Assembly: GCA_904063045.1 (NCBI GenBank)
Contig: CAJFCJ010000031.1
Location: 1 to 64,000, forward strand
From: Dimorphilus gyrociliatus
Taxonomy: Eukaryota; Animalia; Annelida
DNA: 64,000 nucleotides
Reading direction: 5' to 3'
Within the stretch, counting starts at the first letter, position 1. Each line of letters begins with the position of its first letter. The position numbers and the translations under genes were made by a program. The notes beneath the pieces are model-generated. The model was not told where the DNA came from, ran no database searches, and saw only the letters and a list, made by a program, of their open reading frames with translations. Of the stretch, positions 14,397 through 25,424 are shown piece by piece.

Positions 14397-15952
14397 ATGT
14401 CATTTGAAGAAAATATGAGCGATAACTATCTATCCTCACCTGAAGGATATGATTTTTCTATATTTAAAGAAGCTCCAGAAGCAAAATATACTTGTCCAAT
14501 ATGTCTAATGGTTCTGAAGTTGCCATTTCAAACAGTCTGTGGCCATCGATTTTGTAAAGCTTGTATACTGTCTTGGATAACGTAATGATTTAAAATTAAA
14601 ATTATTTCATAATATAAGCTTATTTTTTCTTATTAGGCAAACTAATGGAAATGATTGTCCGGTTTGCAAAGAATCTATCGAAAAATATAAAGTTTTTCCA
14701 GATAATTTTGCAAGAAGAGAAATTTGTGCATTGCCCATCTGTTGTCCTTATCAGCAATACGGATGTTCAGCAAAAATAACATTGACAACGAAAGTAAAAC
14801 ATGCTAAAGAATGTATATATCAACCTATAGCATGTAATACATGCCACAATTTTGTACCCAAGTCGCAAATAGATCAGCATATAGAAGAACAATGCCCTGC
14901 ACTTTTCAAGCAATGTGAAATATGCTGCAAACAAGTTCTATTAGCTGACTTTCGTGTCTGTTTTAATTCTATCATTGGTGTTCTATCTTTTCTAAAAATT
15001 AAATTTTTTTATATAGAACCATCACAAAGCTTGTAAAAAAGAGAATACAACTTGTGCATATTGTTTAAAGTCACTTAAATTATGTGAGGTACGTATTTGA
15101 AAATATCTGTTTGAATATAAATTGTATACTTACATTTTTCAGTTATCGTTGCACGAAGATAATTGTGGGGAAGATGAGCTAACCTGTCAATTCTCAGACA
15201 TTGGATGTCCGTTTAGAGTAGTATTTAAATGCTTTTCATATCATAATTGCTTATTTTATGAATTTTCACAGGCTAAGAAGGAGAAAATGGAAGAGCATCT
15301 GACCGATCCTTTTAGCATTTATCAACATCAATTTTATTTAAAGGAAGCATTTCTTCAAAAAAATAGTTCGTCTCGTGCTAGTGAAAAACGTCAAGATGAT
15401 CAATTAGCTTATTTAAATAATAAGGTCTCGTACTTGGAGAGCGTTGTTGAAAAACAAGCAAATCATCTTGATAACAACAATTCGGGATTGAATGAAGAAC
15501 GCTATTGTTTTGGAAGATATATTTGGAAAGTTTATCCTGTGGACGAATTGAGACAGAAAGCTGTTCTTGGTATAAAAAGATCAGTTCATAGTTCGTCTTT
15601 TTATACTTCTCCACATGGTTACAAAATGTCCCTACGAATAAATCTTAATGGCATAGATTCGTCATTAAACAAATGCATCTCTTTGTTTATTCATATTATG
15701 CAAGGGGAATATGATGACTATTTGAGCTGGCCATTTCGAGGCACCATTACCCTAACTCTTGTTGGTCAAAACGGTCATGATGATGTCGTCGAAATCTTGA
15801 AGACAAGAACCAATTTAGCTGCGTTTTTTAAGCCGAATGGTGTTCGCAATTACAAAGGATTTGGTTACATGGAACTTGTTCCGTTGAATACCTTGGGAAA
15901 TTACGTAAAAGATAATACTCTAGTTGTACGTGTTAAAATTGTTGAAGAATAA
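14397..15952 (+). CDS. TRAF6: TRAF6-like E3 ligase (RING, TRAF zinc fingers, coiled coil, MATH), 5 exons
   Basis: RING CPICLMVLKLPFQTVCGHRFCKACI, spliced via intron 14582-14636 to CPVCK..VFPDNFARREI. MATH domain contains FYTSPHGYKMSLRINLNG...ISLFIHIMQGEYDDYLSWPFRGTITLTL. Confidence 0.85.
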
Positions 15953-16165
15953 AATATCTGGCTTTAACTTGAAATTGTTGTATTTTTTCATATTAGAAAA
16001 AACTTTGAAAAACAAAGTTTCAATGAGTCATTAATTTACATTTATTATCTCGGGGGAAACGACTGTTGCACGCAATGACTCAACGCTTTGTGCAGCCCTG
16101 AAACGGGGCCAGATAATCAATAAAGCAACGGGATTTTCGGTTCTTTTTCCTTTCTATCGTGAAAC

Positions 16166-16492
16166 ATGTCTGAAGTCTCCTCTGAATCGTCAATTATTTT
16201 CGGAGTAGGTTCTCCCATTCCTAAACCAAGGATGAAGGGCGGTGGTATTTTTGGTCATGTACCAGACGCTTTTGATGGAAAAAGCCTAGACTTTAATGAT
16301 AAAATATATGAAAACGGATCGAAAAAGTTTACAAAGCCAGAGAATAGTGACGACCTTGTCCATTCAATTAATGTTAATGGTTCCAATATTTCAAATTTAT
16401 CATCTGCTTCGGCTAAAAAGAAAAATATAACTGAAAATAGATTACTAAAGAAAAAGGAAATTTCGGCTAAAATAACATTTATTGATGAAGAG
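16166..16492 (+). CDS. Alternative long first exon (109 codons) of the DHP/CRMP gene
   Basis: Runs from ATG 16166 to a phase-0 GAG|GTAAGG donor, compatible with the phase-0 acceptor at 17242. Contains GSPIPKPRMKGGGIFGHVPDAFDGKSLDF, similar to the vertebrate CRMP-A N-terminus. Confidence 0.75.
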
Positions 16493-16931
16493 GTAAGGCT
16501 TTTCTTGTCTTTTAATTTTTATCTATTTAATTTACCATATACAATTCGAAGCCAATTAAAAGTGGTAACAAAAACAATCAACCTTTATGCTTAATAGGGT
16601 GTTTGATAATTCCATGGAACATTCTATTTATCAGCGTAATTGAACATGGAAATTACACGAATCCTTGTAAATCTTTTTCAGTTAAATTGAAATGCGATAT
16701 TACAATAGATTATTTTTTAAAACTTTTAAAAATCGTCGGCTAAATCTAATTGGCGTATTTAGGATACGGTACCACTCTAGGATAGGGCGGCCATATTGGC
16801 ATATTGTAATGCGTTTTTGAGACCGGCGCCAAGCTACTCTGTCAATCTCAAGTTAACTGGTTTTTTCGATCTCTGCTAGAGTTGTGCACTTCAAAGATTC
16901 AATTTTTAAGAATTTTAAAAGCCGATGCGAA

Positions 16932-19084
16932 ATGTCGAGAGTTAATCCAGTAAAGAAAGTGCCCCTACATTTGCAGGTTTGTCTATCGCCAATTTTATTG
17001 GAAGCCTTCGCCGTATAGATTTTTTCACTTTTCGTTTATCCGATGTTTGACAGATGTTAGACATTTCGCACTATTAACAAGTCTAAGTATTTTTAATGCA
17101 ACGAATGTGGAAAAGCAAAAAAGACTATGTTTATTTGTTTTTTTTGTGCGATCTACTATTGTTTTTTTTTATCAACGCGGGAAAAAAAATGTTATGTCAA
17201 TGGAGTGACTCACAATTTTAATTATTCATTGTCTTTTGCAGAGCGCCCAATCTAGAATACTTATCAAGGGTGGAAAAATTGTAAATGATGACCGCTCATT
17301 CTTCTCTGATGTCTACATTGAAGATGGGGTCATTAAGTAAGCTACACAAGAGTCTGTAAGAGATATCTGAATTAAAATGAAATAATATTTTTTCAGACAA
17401 ATTGGCAACAATATCACAATACCAGGTGGTGCGCGTACAATCGAGGCCAAGGGTAAACTCATCATTCCTGGTGGTATTGATACCCATACTCATATGCAAC
17501 TTCCATTCATGGGCATGACCGCCGTTGACGATTTTTATCATGGAACAAGGGCCGCTTTAGCGGGCGGAACAACAATGATAATTGATTTTGTTCTAGATAA
17601 GAAGGGAACTCCTTTATTGGAGGCATACGAGAAATGGCGTTCGTGGGCTGATTCCAAAGTTTGTTGCGACTACGGTTTTCACGTTGGTGTTACTTGGTGG
17701 TCAGATAAAGTTAAAGCTGAAATGGAAACACTCGTAAAAGAAAAAGGAATAAACTCCTTTAAAATGTTTATGGCGTATAAAGACATGTTTATGCTACACG
17801 ATAATGAATTATACGAATCGTTTAAGAGATGCTCAGAGTTGGGAGCACTTGCGATGGTTCACGCCGAAAACGGCGAAATTATAGACGAAAAATCGAAGGA
17901 AATTGTAAGCACTGGGATTACCGGCCCTGAGGGACACGAACAATCAAGACCAGAACCTTTAGAAGCCGAAGCAACAAACAGAGCAGTCATGATTGCGGAC
18001 CAAGCCAACTGCCCGCTATATGTTGTTCACGTTATGTCGAAGAGTGCGGCTGACGTTGTAGCTGCGGCCAGGCGAAGTGGCAAAGTTGTTTTCGGTGAAC
18101 CTATAGCGGCTGGCCTTGCTACCGATGGAACTCATTATTTCAACAAATGTTGGCGTCACGCAGCCGGACATGTGATGTCCCCTCCTCTGCGTCCAGACAC
18201 TACCACACCAAAATACTTGATGCAGCTTTTAGCTAACAACGATCTTCAATTAACAGGTACCGACAATTGTACCTTTAATGCCGATCAAAAAGCGTTGGGT
18301 AAGGATGACTTCCGAAAAATACCCAATGGAGTAAACGGAGTTGAGGATCGTATGAGTGTTATATGGGAAAACGGAGTTCATTCCGGAGTTATGGATCCTT
18401 GTCGATTTGTTGCCGTCACTTCGACAAACGCGGCAAAAATTTTTAACATTTACCCGCAAAAAGGACGTATTGCTGTAGGATCCGATGCAGATATTGTTAT
18501 CTGGGATCCCACTGCTACTAGAACCATTTCAGCTAAAACCCATCATCAAAAATGCGACTTTAACATATTTGAGGGTATGACTTGTCATGGTGTACCAGAG
18601 ATCGTAATAAGTCAAGGTGCTATTGTGGTTGAGGATGGTCAGGTCCACGTTACCCAAGGTATTGGACGATACATTGAAATGCCTCCATTCCCTGAGGCGG
18701 CGTTCGCTAAGTTTGAGCACAAGCAAACTGGTCCCATAAAAATCGATAGAGAACCATACGACGGATCGGTAGCTCAGCTCCCTCAAAGCGAGGTTAACGA
18801 TACACCTCAGTCAATAAGATCAAGAATGATGGATGGAGCAAATCCAATCACAAACAATCCGGATTTTCATAATAGACCTCCGACTCGTTCTGGTGGTCGT
18901 TCCATGCACGATTCCAGCTTCAGTCTTAGTGGTATAATTTTTTAACATATATTAATATTTAATACCTTTCTAATTTTTAACTTTTTAATCCTTTTTAGGT
19001 GCACAATATGACGATAAAAAACCACCAAAGTCTGGTATGAAAGTAATTAATCCTCCCGGCGGTAAATCCAGCGGTATTTGGTAA
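16932..19084 (+). CDS. DPYS: Dihydropyrimidinase / CRMP (short isoform), 4 exons
   Basis: Exons 16932-16976 ([15 protein letters not shown]), 17242-17336, 17397-18931 and 18999-19084 are all frame-consistent. Metal ligands are present: [30 protein letters not shown]. The tail reads SFSLSGAQYDD..PPGGKS. Confidence 0.95.
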
Positions 19085-19659
19085 GAAGAGGAGAGAAGAA
19101 GAAAAGTTTTAATTCATTCATACTCGAAGATGATTCTTTTCCTAATCATTTAAGATAAAATTTTTGAACATTCCGTAATTGTTCCTTATAACGAAAGCTG
19201 TCTTTCGAATTAAAAATTTGCCTAAATGTTACACTTTTTCGTGTTCTGTAGCTAACACTCTTGAAAAGCTTAACATGACAAAAAGTCTTTTATACATTTA
19301 GTCAAAATCTATTTGGAAGAAAACTATAGTCAAGTCATCTGTTTTATTTTGTTCAGTTAGTGACAAGCAACTTGGCCTTATTGTGGTTTATGCAGCTAAT
19401 AGTATGATGTGAAAAAAAGAAGCATAAATACATAACTATGTAATAGCAGGCGCTTTATATCAGTGGCTTTTGATGTGATTGTCAAAAATAGACTAATACG
19501 AGTTAGAATAATAAACATATCTAAGTAAAAAACAAAAATTTGAAAAAAAAATCGTCTGTTTTGTTTTATTTGAGAAAAGATACAAAGGCATATTCAATTT
19601 CTTGTTTGAATTAAGTCTGAAGATGATAAATGTCAGAAAAACAGTATTCTTTTCTTCTA

Positions 19660-20865
19660 TTATGATAAATCGGAATTGAACTGATCTTCTGATTGATAAG
19701 TAATTGATACTTTTTCCAAGGATGGTCCTCTACAAATCAGACAAGTTTTTCTATTCTTTAACAATAGGCGGAATGTATCAATATGTTCCTCATCAAATAC
19801 TTTTGTACTAAATGCGTCAATAACATCTATATTCGGATTATTGGCCACAAGATGAACTAATCCTTCGGCAGTGAAATTCTCAATTCCTCTTATATTTAAG
19901 AAATTGATATATTTTAAATATTTAGAGATATTGTAAAGAGATCTATCAGTTAGACTTTTAGCATTTGCTAAATTTAGATTTCGAAGTAGTGGCAAACCCT
20001 GGAGGAAAAATTAGTATAATTACTTTTATGTGATTATATAATAATTTCGATAAGAAGAATTTACTAACCCTTAGTAATCTTTCTACAAAGTGATCATTTA
20101 GAAAGAAATCGCAGTTATCAAGGGAGAAGAACTTTATATTTGGAGATTTCGATAGAATTATTTTTATTGTTTTTTCCGTTATATAAACTCCGCTCAGATC
20201 TAAATGCTCCAAGGTTAAAGCTAAAAGACTAGATAGATCTTTATTGTTTAGGCGTCTTTTTAGTTTACGGCGTCGGATTAATTCGCTAAAATTTACAAAT
20301 TGAAAAGAAAATTAGGATTAGGTTAGGGTTATATGAAATCTAATCGCTTACTTAATTAGATATTCATCTGGAAAATTCTCAAAATCGTATTGTTGCACAT
20401 TTACAAGAAGATAGTCTAGGCATCTCTCCAAAAGTCGGATAACTTTTGTTCCCTCGTGAAATGGACTCTATTAAATAAACAAGTTAAAGTTCTATCATTA
20501 AGATAGAATAATAAACACACGAATGAACCTACTCTCTCAAAATATCGTCCGTAGGATGCTCTCACAAACATTTCATCATTTTCAATCTTTTCCTCAAATC
20601 TTCTATGTCCGCTGAACGATGTCGACTCTTTAATTGTGTGTTTTACATCTTCCCAACTGGTTAATTTCATAAGGGATAATGACATTATATCTTCTAAGCG
20701 TACATAGCCATCACCGTAAATTACTAAACCCTCTTTGACCGCTCCGTGCCTTAGGAGATAGGTTAATTTTCTACTCGTCTTATTTATTCTATCAATTAAT
20801 TCCCTATTTTCATTTGCAATATCTATATCCAATGAATCACTATTAAGAGTTTGAATTTCCTCCAT
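19660..20865 (-). CDS. Fusion protein, ~334 aa: Tpt1/KptA (tRNA 2'-phosphotransferase) N-lobe + BC-box-like helix + AMN1/FBXL-type LRRs
   Basis: Exons 20865-20533, 20467-20352, 20285-20069 and 19998-19660 join by GT-AG introns of 65, 66 and 70 nt, all in frame. The N-part SRKLTYLLRHGA..G..DGYV..EDI..RRFE..VRASYG is Tpt1-like. The C-part has VIRLLERCLDYL and LRRs (LEHLDLSGVYIT, LRNLNLANAKSLTDRSL). Confidence 0.8.
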
Positions 20866-21184
20866 TTTCTCTATTTATTATTATTGTTATTATTATTATT
20901 CAAAATTTAACTGAATTTTCAAGTATTTCAAGTCCTTTTTTTAACTGGATTGATCGTTGTTACGTCTAGAAATTTATTCTTATTATCAAAGATTACGAAA
21001 TCGTCGCTTTTAAATAGCAGAGAATATTGCACAATTAAAGCAATTAGAACGATTTTGTGTCTGTAGTGAAGATGGCGTTAGTTTATCATGGCAACATTCG
21101 AAGTCACGTGATATAATATATGAACGAACGTTTTCAATTCTATTGGAATTTAATAGTTTATGTGTAGATTTTGTCGATAAAAAC
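20866..21184. promoter_or_regulatory. ~320-bp bidirectional promoter (Tpt1-LRR / RNASEK)
   Basis: Head-to-head ATGs at 20865 and 21185. Contains YY1-like AAGATGGCG (21069-21077), X-box-like GTTTATCATGGCAAC (21081-21095) and E-box/CLEAR-like GTCACGTGAT (21103-21112). Confidence 0.65.
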
Positions 21185-21538
21185 ATGCTGTGTTGTGGCC
21201 CGAAACTATCTGCATGTGGTATGGTACTAGGCCTTTGGGGTGTTATTATGCTGGTAATCCTAAAATTATAAACATTTTTATATTTTCACTGAGTTCCTTT
21301 GAATCGTCAACAGACTTTCCTGGGCATATTTTTTCAAATCGAAAGTCCAGCCCTAGCCGAAGATTTACCAGTTGAGGAGGAAGAACTTCTAAAAGACGAC
21401 GTAGGAAAATACATGAGTGGACTTTATAAACAGGCTTCGGCTAATTGTTTTATAGCGGCCGTTGTATACGTTGGTGTACTATGCTTTTCTTTCGTTTCCT
21501 ACAAGCTAAGCGATAGAATGGCCTACTTAAAACCATAG
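21185..21538 (+). CDS. RNASEK: Ribonuclease kappa / V-ATPase subunit f, 97 aa, 2 exons
   Basis: Exon 21185-21253 (MLCCGPKLSACGMVLGLWGVIML), a 60-nt intron, then 21314-21538 (TFLGIFF..SPALAEDLP..Y.QASANCFIAAVVYV). Two TM helices. Confidence 0.9.
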
Positions 21539-24230
21539 GTTACAAAATTGTTAGAGTTAAATATCTAGAAATGTTTCAAATTTTTTTATCATTTTGTTCC
21601 TTGTTTCAAATGCTAGTCTCAAATTCCTCTAGTCAAACCAATAGATAAAAAATGTTTTATTTCTTAATGATAACCTTTTTATTTTTCTTTACAAGTTAAT
21701 TTTAAATTGAAGAAAATATATATATAAATTGTATTTAATGTAAATACATTTAAATATTATATATAATACGCATTTATATAATGTAATATAGAAAAGATGA
21801 ACGCAAACTCATTGCCTAAAGGGCTTTGGTATAATATATATTCTTTTAATTTCCTTGTCACGTATACGTAAACAGTAAAGGAAATTTAATTGGTTTCATT
21901 TTTCAGCCATTTTTTGTGTAAATCAGTACCGAAAACCTTCAAAATAACAATTATACAATGTCTTATAAGTATTTTTCAACTATGAAGAAGACAAGAGAGT
22001 TTTTAAAATGTTGAAAAAATTAGAAAAATAAGAAGAAACAATTAAAGTCAAAAATAAAAAGAAAAAAATGTTATTTTTAGAAAAAAAGTGCCTTTAAGTT
22101 TAAGCAGCAAATATTAGAAAGTCAAATAAAATATCACCATTTCAATCCATTTGGTATGTTGGCAACAAGTGGAAAAATAGGATTAATAGCACTTGATGTT
22201 TGTTCTATTTTACAGATTAAGTGTGCTTTTTATAAAATGCATCTAAATGACCTTTTTCATAGACAGAGAGAGAAAGAGAAAAAAAGAGATTGAAAATCTG
22301 AAAAACTATGTAGAGTATTGTTCATCATCATTGTCATTGTAACTTTCATTTCGATCGTTTCTATGTCAATTTGTCTCTAGGGTATATTATGATGAATCAA
22401 CATAAATGAATGCAAAAATTCAACATTAACAAATCGAAACATTTCCACAATATAGTTCGAATCAATTAACTCTATATATTCATGTGGATTTTTCTGATAT
22501 TTTTTATGTGGTTATCTTTCTAATCCTCTTAATAATCCTTTACAGATTTAAAATACCAACATCGGCTTTATAGAAGCTCTTAATCAGTTTAAATAATAGT
22601 AATAACAATAATAATAATAAATAGTAATAATAATATTAATAACTCTGAAGCTTATGACTTTTAATATGGTAAAACTAATCACATAAGAATCTTAGATTTT
22701 TAACAAGGATTTGATATTTATCCCTTAGGGGTAATTCAGTTTCTAAATAAAGAAACTTTCCACTTCCTTCTACGAATTCTTTAATTCTATTTCTTGATTT
22801 TGAAGTTATACCTTAGAAAAAAACGCTTCAAAATACTCTTAATTGTCTTGTTAATGGAAAAAGAGAAGAAAGTAATCAAGGGAAAATCTCTGCCTTATAC
22901 ATTTCTATGTTAATCCCATATATATATATATAGTATATATATATATTCTTATAAATAATTACATTTATTATTAATAACACTTTATTCAAATATAAAAAGA
23001 AATTGCTATGATAAGTATCATTTTTTAAAGCTGGAGGTGGATAAAGAAACTTGGGGATAAGAGAGAAAGAGAGAGAGAGAGAAAGTGTGAGTGTGTGTGT
23101 GTATAAGAGAAAGAGTTTGTACTTATGCCTACATACGAATGTGTTTGTGTGATGTAAAAATATACGGTATAAAGTATATCTATACTCTATACAATACAAT
23201 ATAATAATTAGAGAGATTCTACGTTCAAGAGAGTTAATTATCTCTATTATATCTTATAAAAGGATTAGTTCAAGTGTTAATATTTATTGGTTTTTTATAA
23301 AATAAAAAAAAAAGAAACTATTCGTATGAACACAAATATAGAAATGACAAAAATTCAATGGGTTCTCAACGTAAAGTTTGTTTAGACTGCATAAATATAA
23401 ACTGAATGTTATATATATATATATATATTTGCTAAACTATTTCATTGAAAATAAATATTTCTACTAGAATCGTAGAATTTTTGTTTTCTTTTCTGTTTTT
23501 ATCTTCTTCTTCATCATCATCATCATCTTCTTCTTCTTCTACATTTACAAATCTTATCACAAGTACTGCTTCAATCGTATAATAATTATTAGTGTTATTA
23601 GTGTTTATTCTGTAAATATGGCTAAACAGACGTGTAATATTAAGCTACAGTCTCTGCTAAGGTAGTAGAACTGGATAAAAGATTAAGATATTAGCTTACT
23701 CAGCACACACCAGGGAGTCTTTAAAAAATTATGCTTTAAGAATAGATAAACAAGAATCAAATATGCTCTAAGTACATCAGAATAAAGATTGTTATACTAT
23801 TCTAGATAGGCCTATATATAAAGGGTGTATTTTTAAAAAGTCTCTTAATCAATCTCGAATTTCAAACATAGGATACAAATAAAACATTTAATAGGTTAAA
23901 TAAGAATAGAGTATGCTATCTTTTTCTCTCTTTTAACAAATAATTTACTCAATTAAATTAAAATAATTATTAAAAAAAAACGACAAAAGCAAATATGGAT
24001 TTTACAATAATAAAATAATATACAGTGTATTTTCAAGGTCATCGAAAGCTTAATTGGACGAGTAAAGGAGTAAGGGGTAGATTGATAAATGGGGGTAAGT
24101 GAGTGATTTTTAACAAGAATTGTTTACTTAACGGCGCTTATACACTTCAATTTAAAAACTAGAATAAATTTTCTAATCCCTCCCTCTCCTATCACATTCT
24201 TTCATCTTCATTATCTTCTTTATCACTCTT

Positions 24231-24259
24231 CCTCCTCCTCCTCCTCCTCCTCCTCCTCC
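24231..24259 (+). repeat. (CCT)n microsatellite
   Basis: About 10 perfect CCT units within a pyrimidine-rich tract. Confidence 0.9.
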
Positions 24260-25394
24260 ACATACTCCTCCTTATATTACTCACCTATGAATAATAATAA
24301 TATATAACATATATTAAATCACATATTGAAAGAATTTGAAGAAAAAACGTAATAACTATAGTCCTACTTTTATAAAGCATATGGTCATAGCACGATAGAT
24401 TTATATATATATATATATATATTTAAATCATTATGGATTAAACGTGGAACTCGGGCAATTAATCCGTACTAAAGAGCAGATCTAATCTTTAAAAGAAGTG
24501 AACAAAAAAGTAAAAGTCTATAAAAGTTTAAATTTTTAATACGTATTATTAATAGAATGATAACTCTAAATATTATTTTATTCTTTCTTTCTCTCTCTAT
24601 CTCTCTCTATATATATATAATATCTCCATATCTATCTCTATCTCCCGCTCTTTCTCTTTCTTCTCTTCTTTTTCCTTCTTTTATGGCAAAAAATTCTTAA
24701 TGGAATTCAGCGTTAGTTAATTAAATAATCAAGATTGCTTTAAAGTGCTTCAAGTAAAGATTTCATGAATTTTTAAAAGTAATTCGAAAGTGTTCCAATT
24801 CTTCTTGTTTTGTTTTTTTTTTTTAAAAAATAATAGAGTGGAACAAATTTTCCATTTAAAACTTTTTCAAAAAGCATTTCATTATTATTTTTATATTAGT
24901 TTTTTTTTAAAAAAAAAAGTTAAGACGTAACAATAAGAAAAACAATAACAGCAATAAAAAATGATTGTAAACAATTCATACTTTTTTTTTAATTGTATTT
25001 CCTTTCTCTGTTTTTTTTTTCGTACAATTATCATTATAATTATTATTATATAATAGGAACTGAATGAATATACTAATTGAAGTGGGGAGTTTGTAGTATA
25101 TGTTTTGGATTGAAAAAAGACAACAAAAAAATGATTAAGTTTATTAAGAAGATAATAGTTTGGAAATAAATGGACAGCTATTAGATATTTTAAAACGCAT
25201 CCATCATACTGCATAAAGATTTAGCATATGTTATACGCAATGTTTTACTAATCGTTTATTATACTAATATATTCTTTTGAAAAAAAAAGACCCCTCCTTG
25301 TTCGCCCCTATGTGCTCTATTAAATGTTCATTCGTTTTCCGGACAGTGCCATCTATCGGTCAGAGATCATCTGTTCGCCTCCATTTTCTCCGTG

Positions 25395-25404
25395 GCGCAT
25401 GCGC
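25395..25404. promoter_or_regulatory. NRF1-type palindrome GCGCATGCGC
   Basis: Perfect palindrome ~20 nt upstream of the ATG at 25425, in a GC-richer patch (25290-25410). Confidence 0.55.
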
Positions 25405-25424
25405 TTTAAGTTCTATTTGACAAC

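Noticed and set aside
19660-21538. Idea of an RNA-processing gene pair (Tpt1-like + 'ribonuclease' kappa)
   Set aside because: RNASEK is established as V-ATPase subunit f, so the name-based functional link is not supported.
22876-25214. ORFs of ~107 aa rich in Y/I/F/K (22876-23199, 24891-25214) and similar ones at 28191, 29330, 44165, 47612-48814
   Set aside because: Translations of microsatellites and AT-rich noncoding DNA; no domain-like pattern or splice support.
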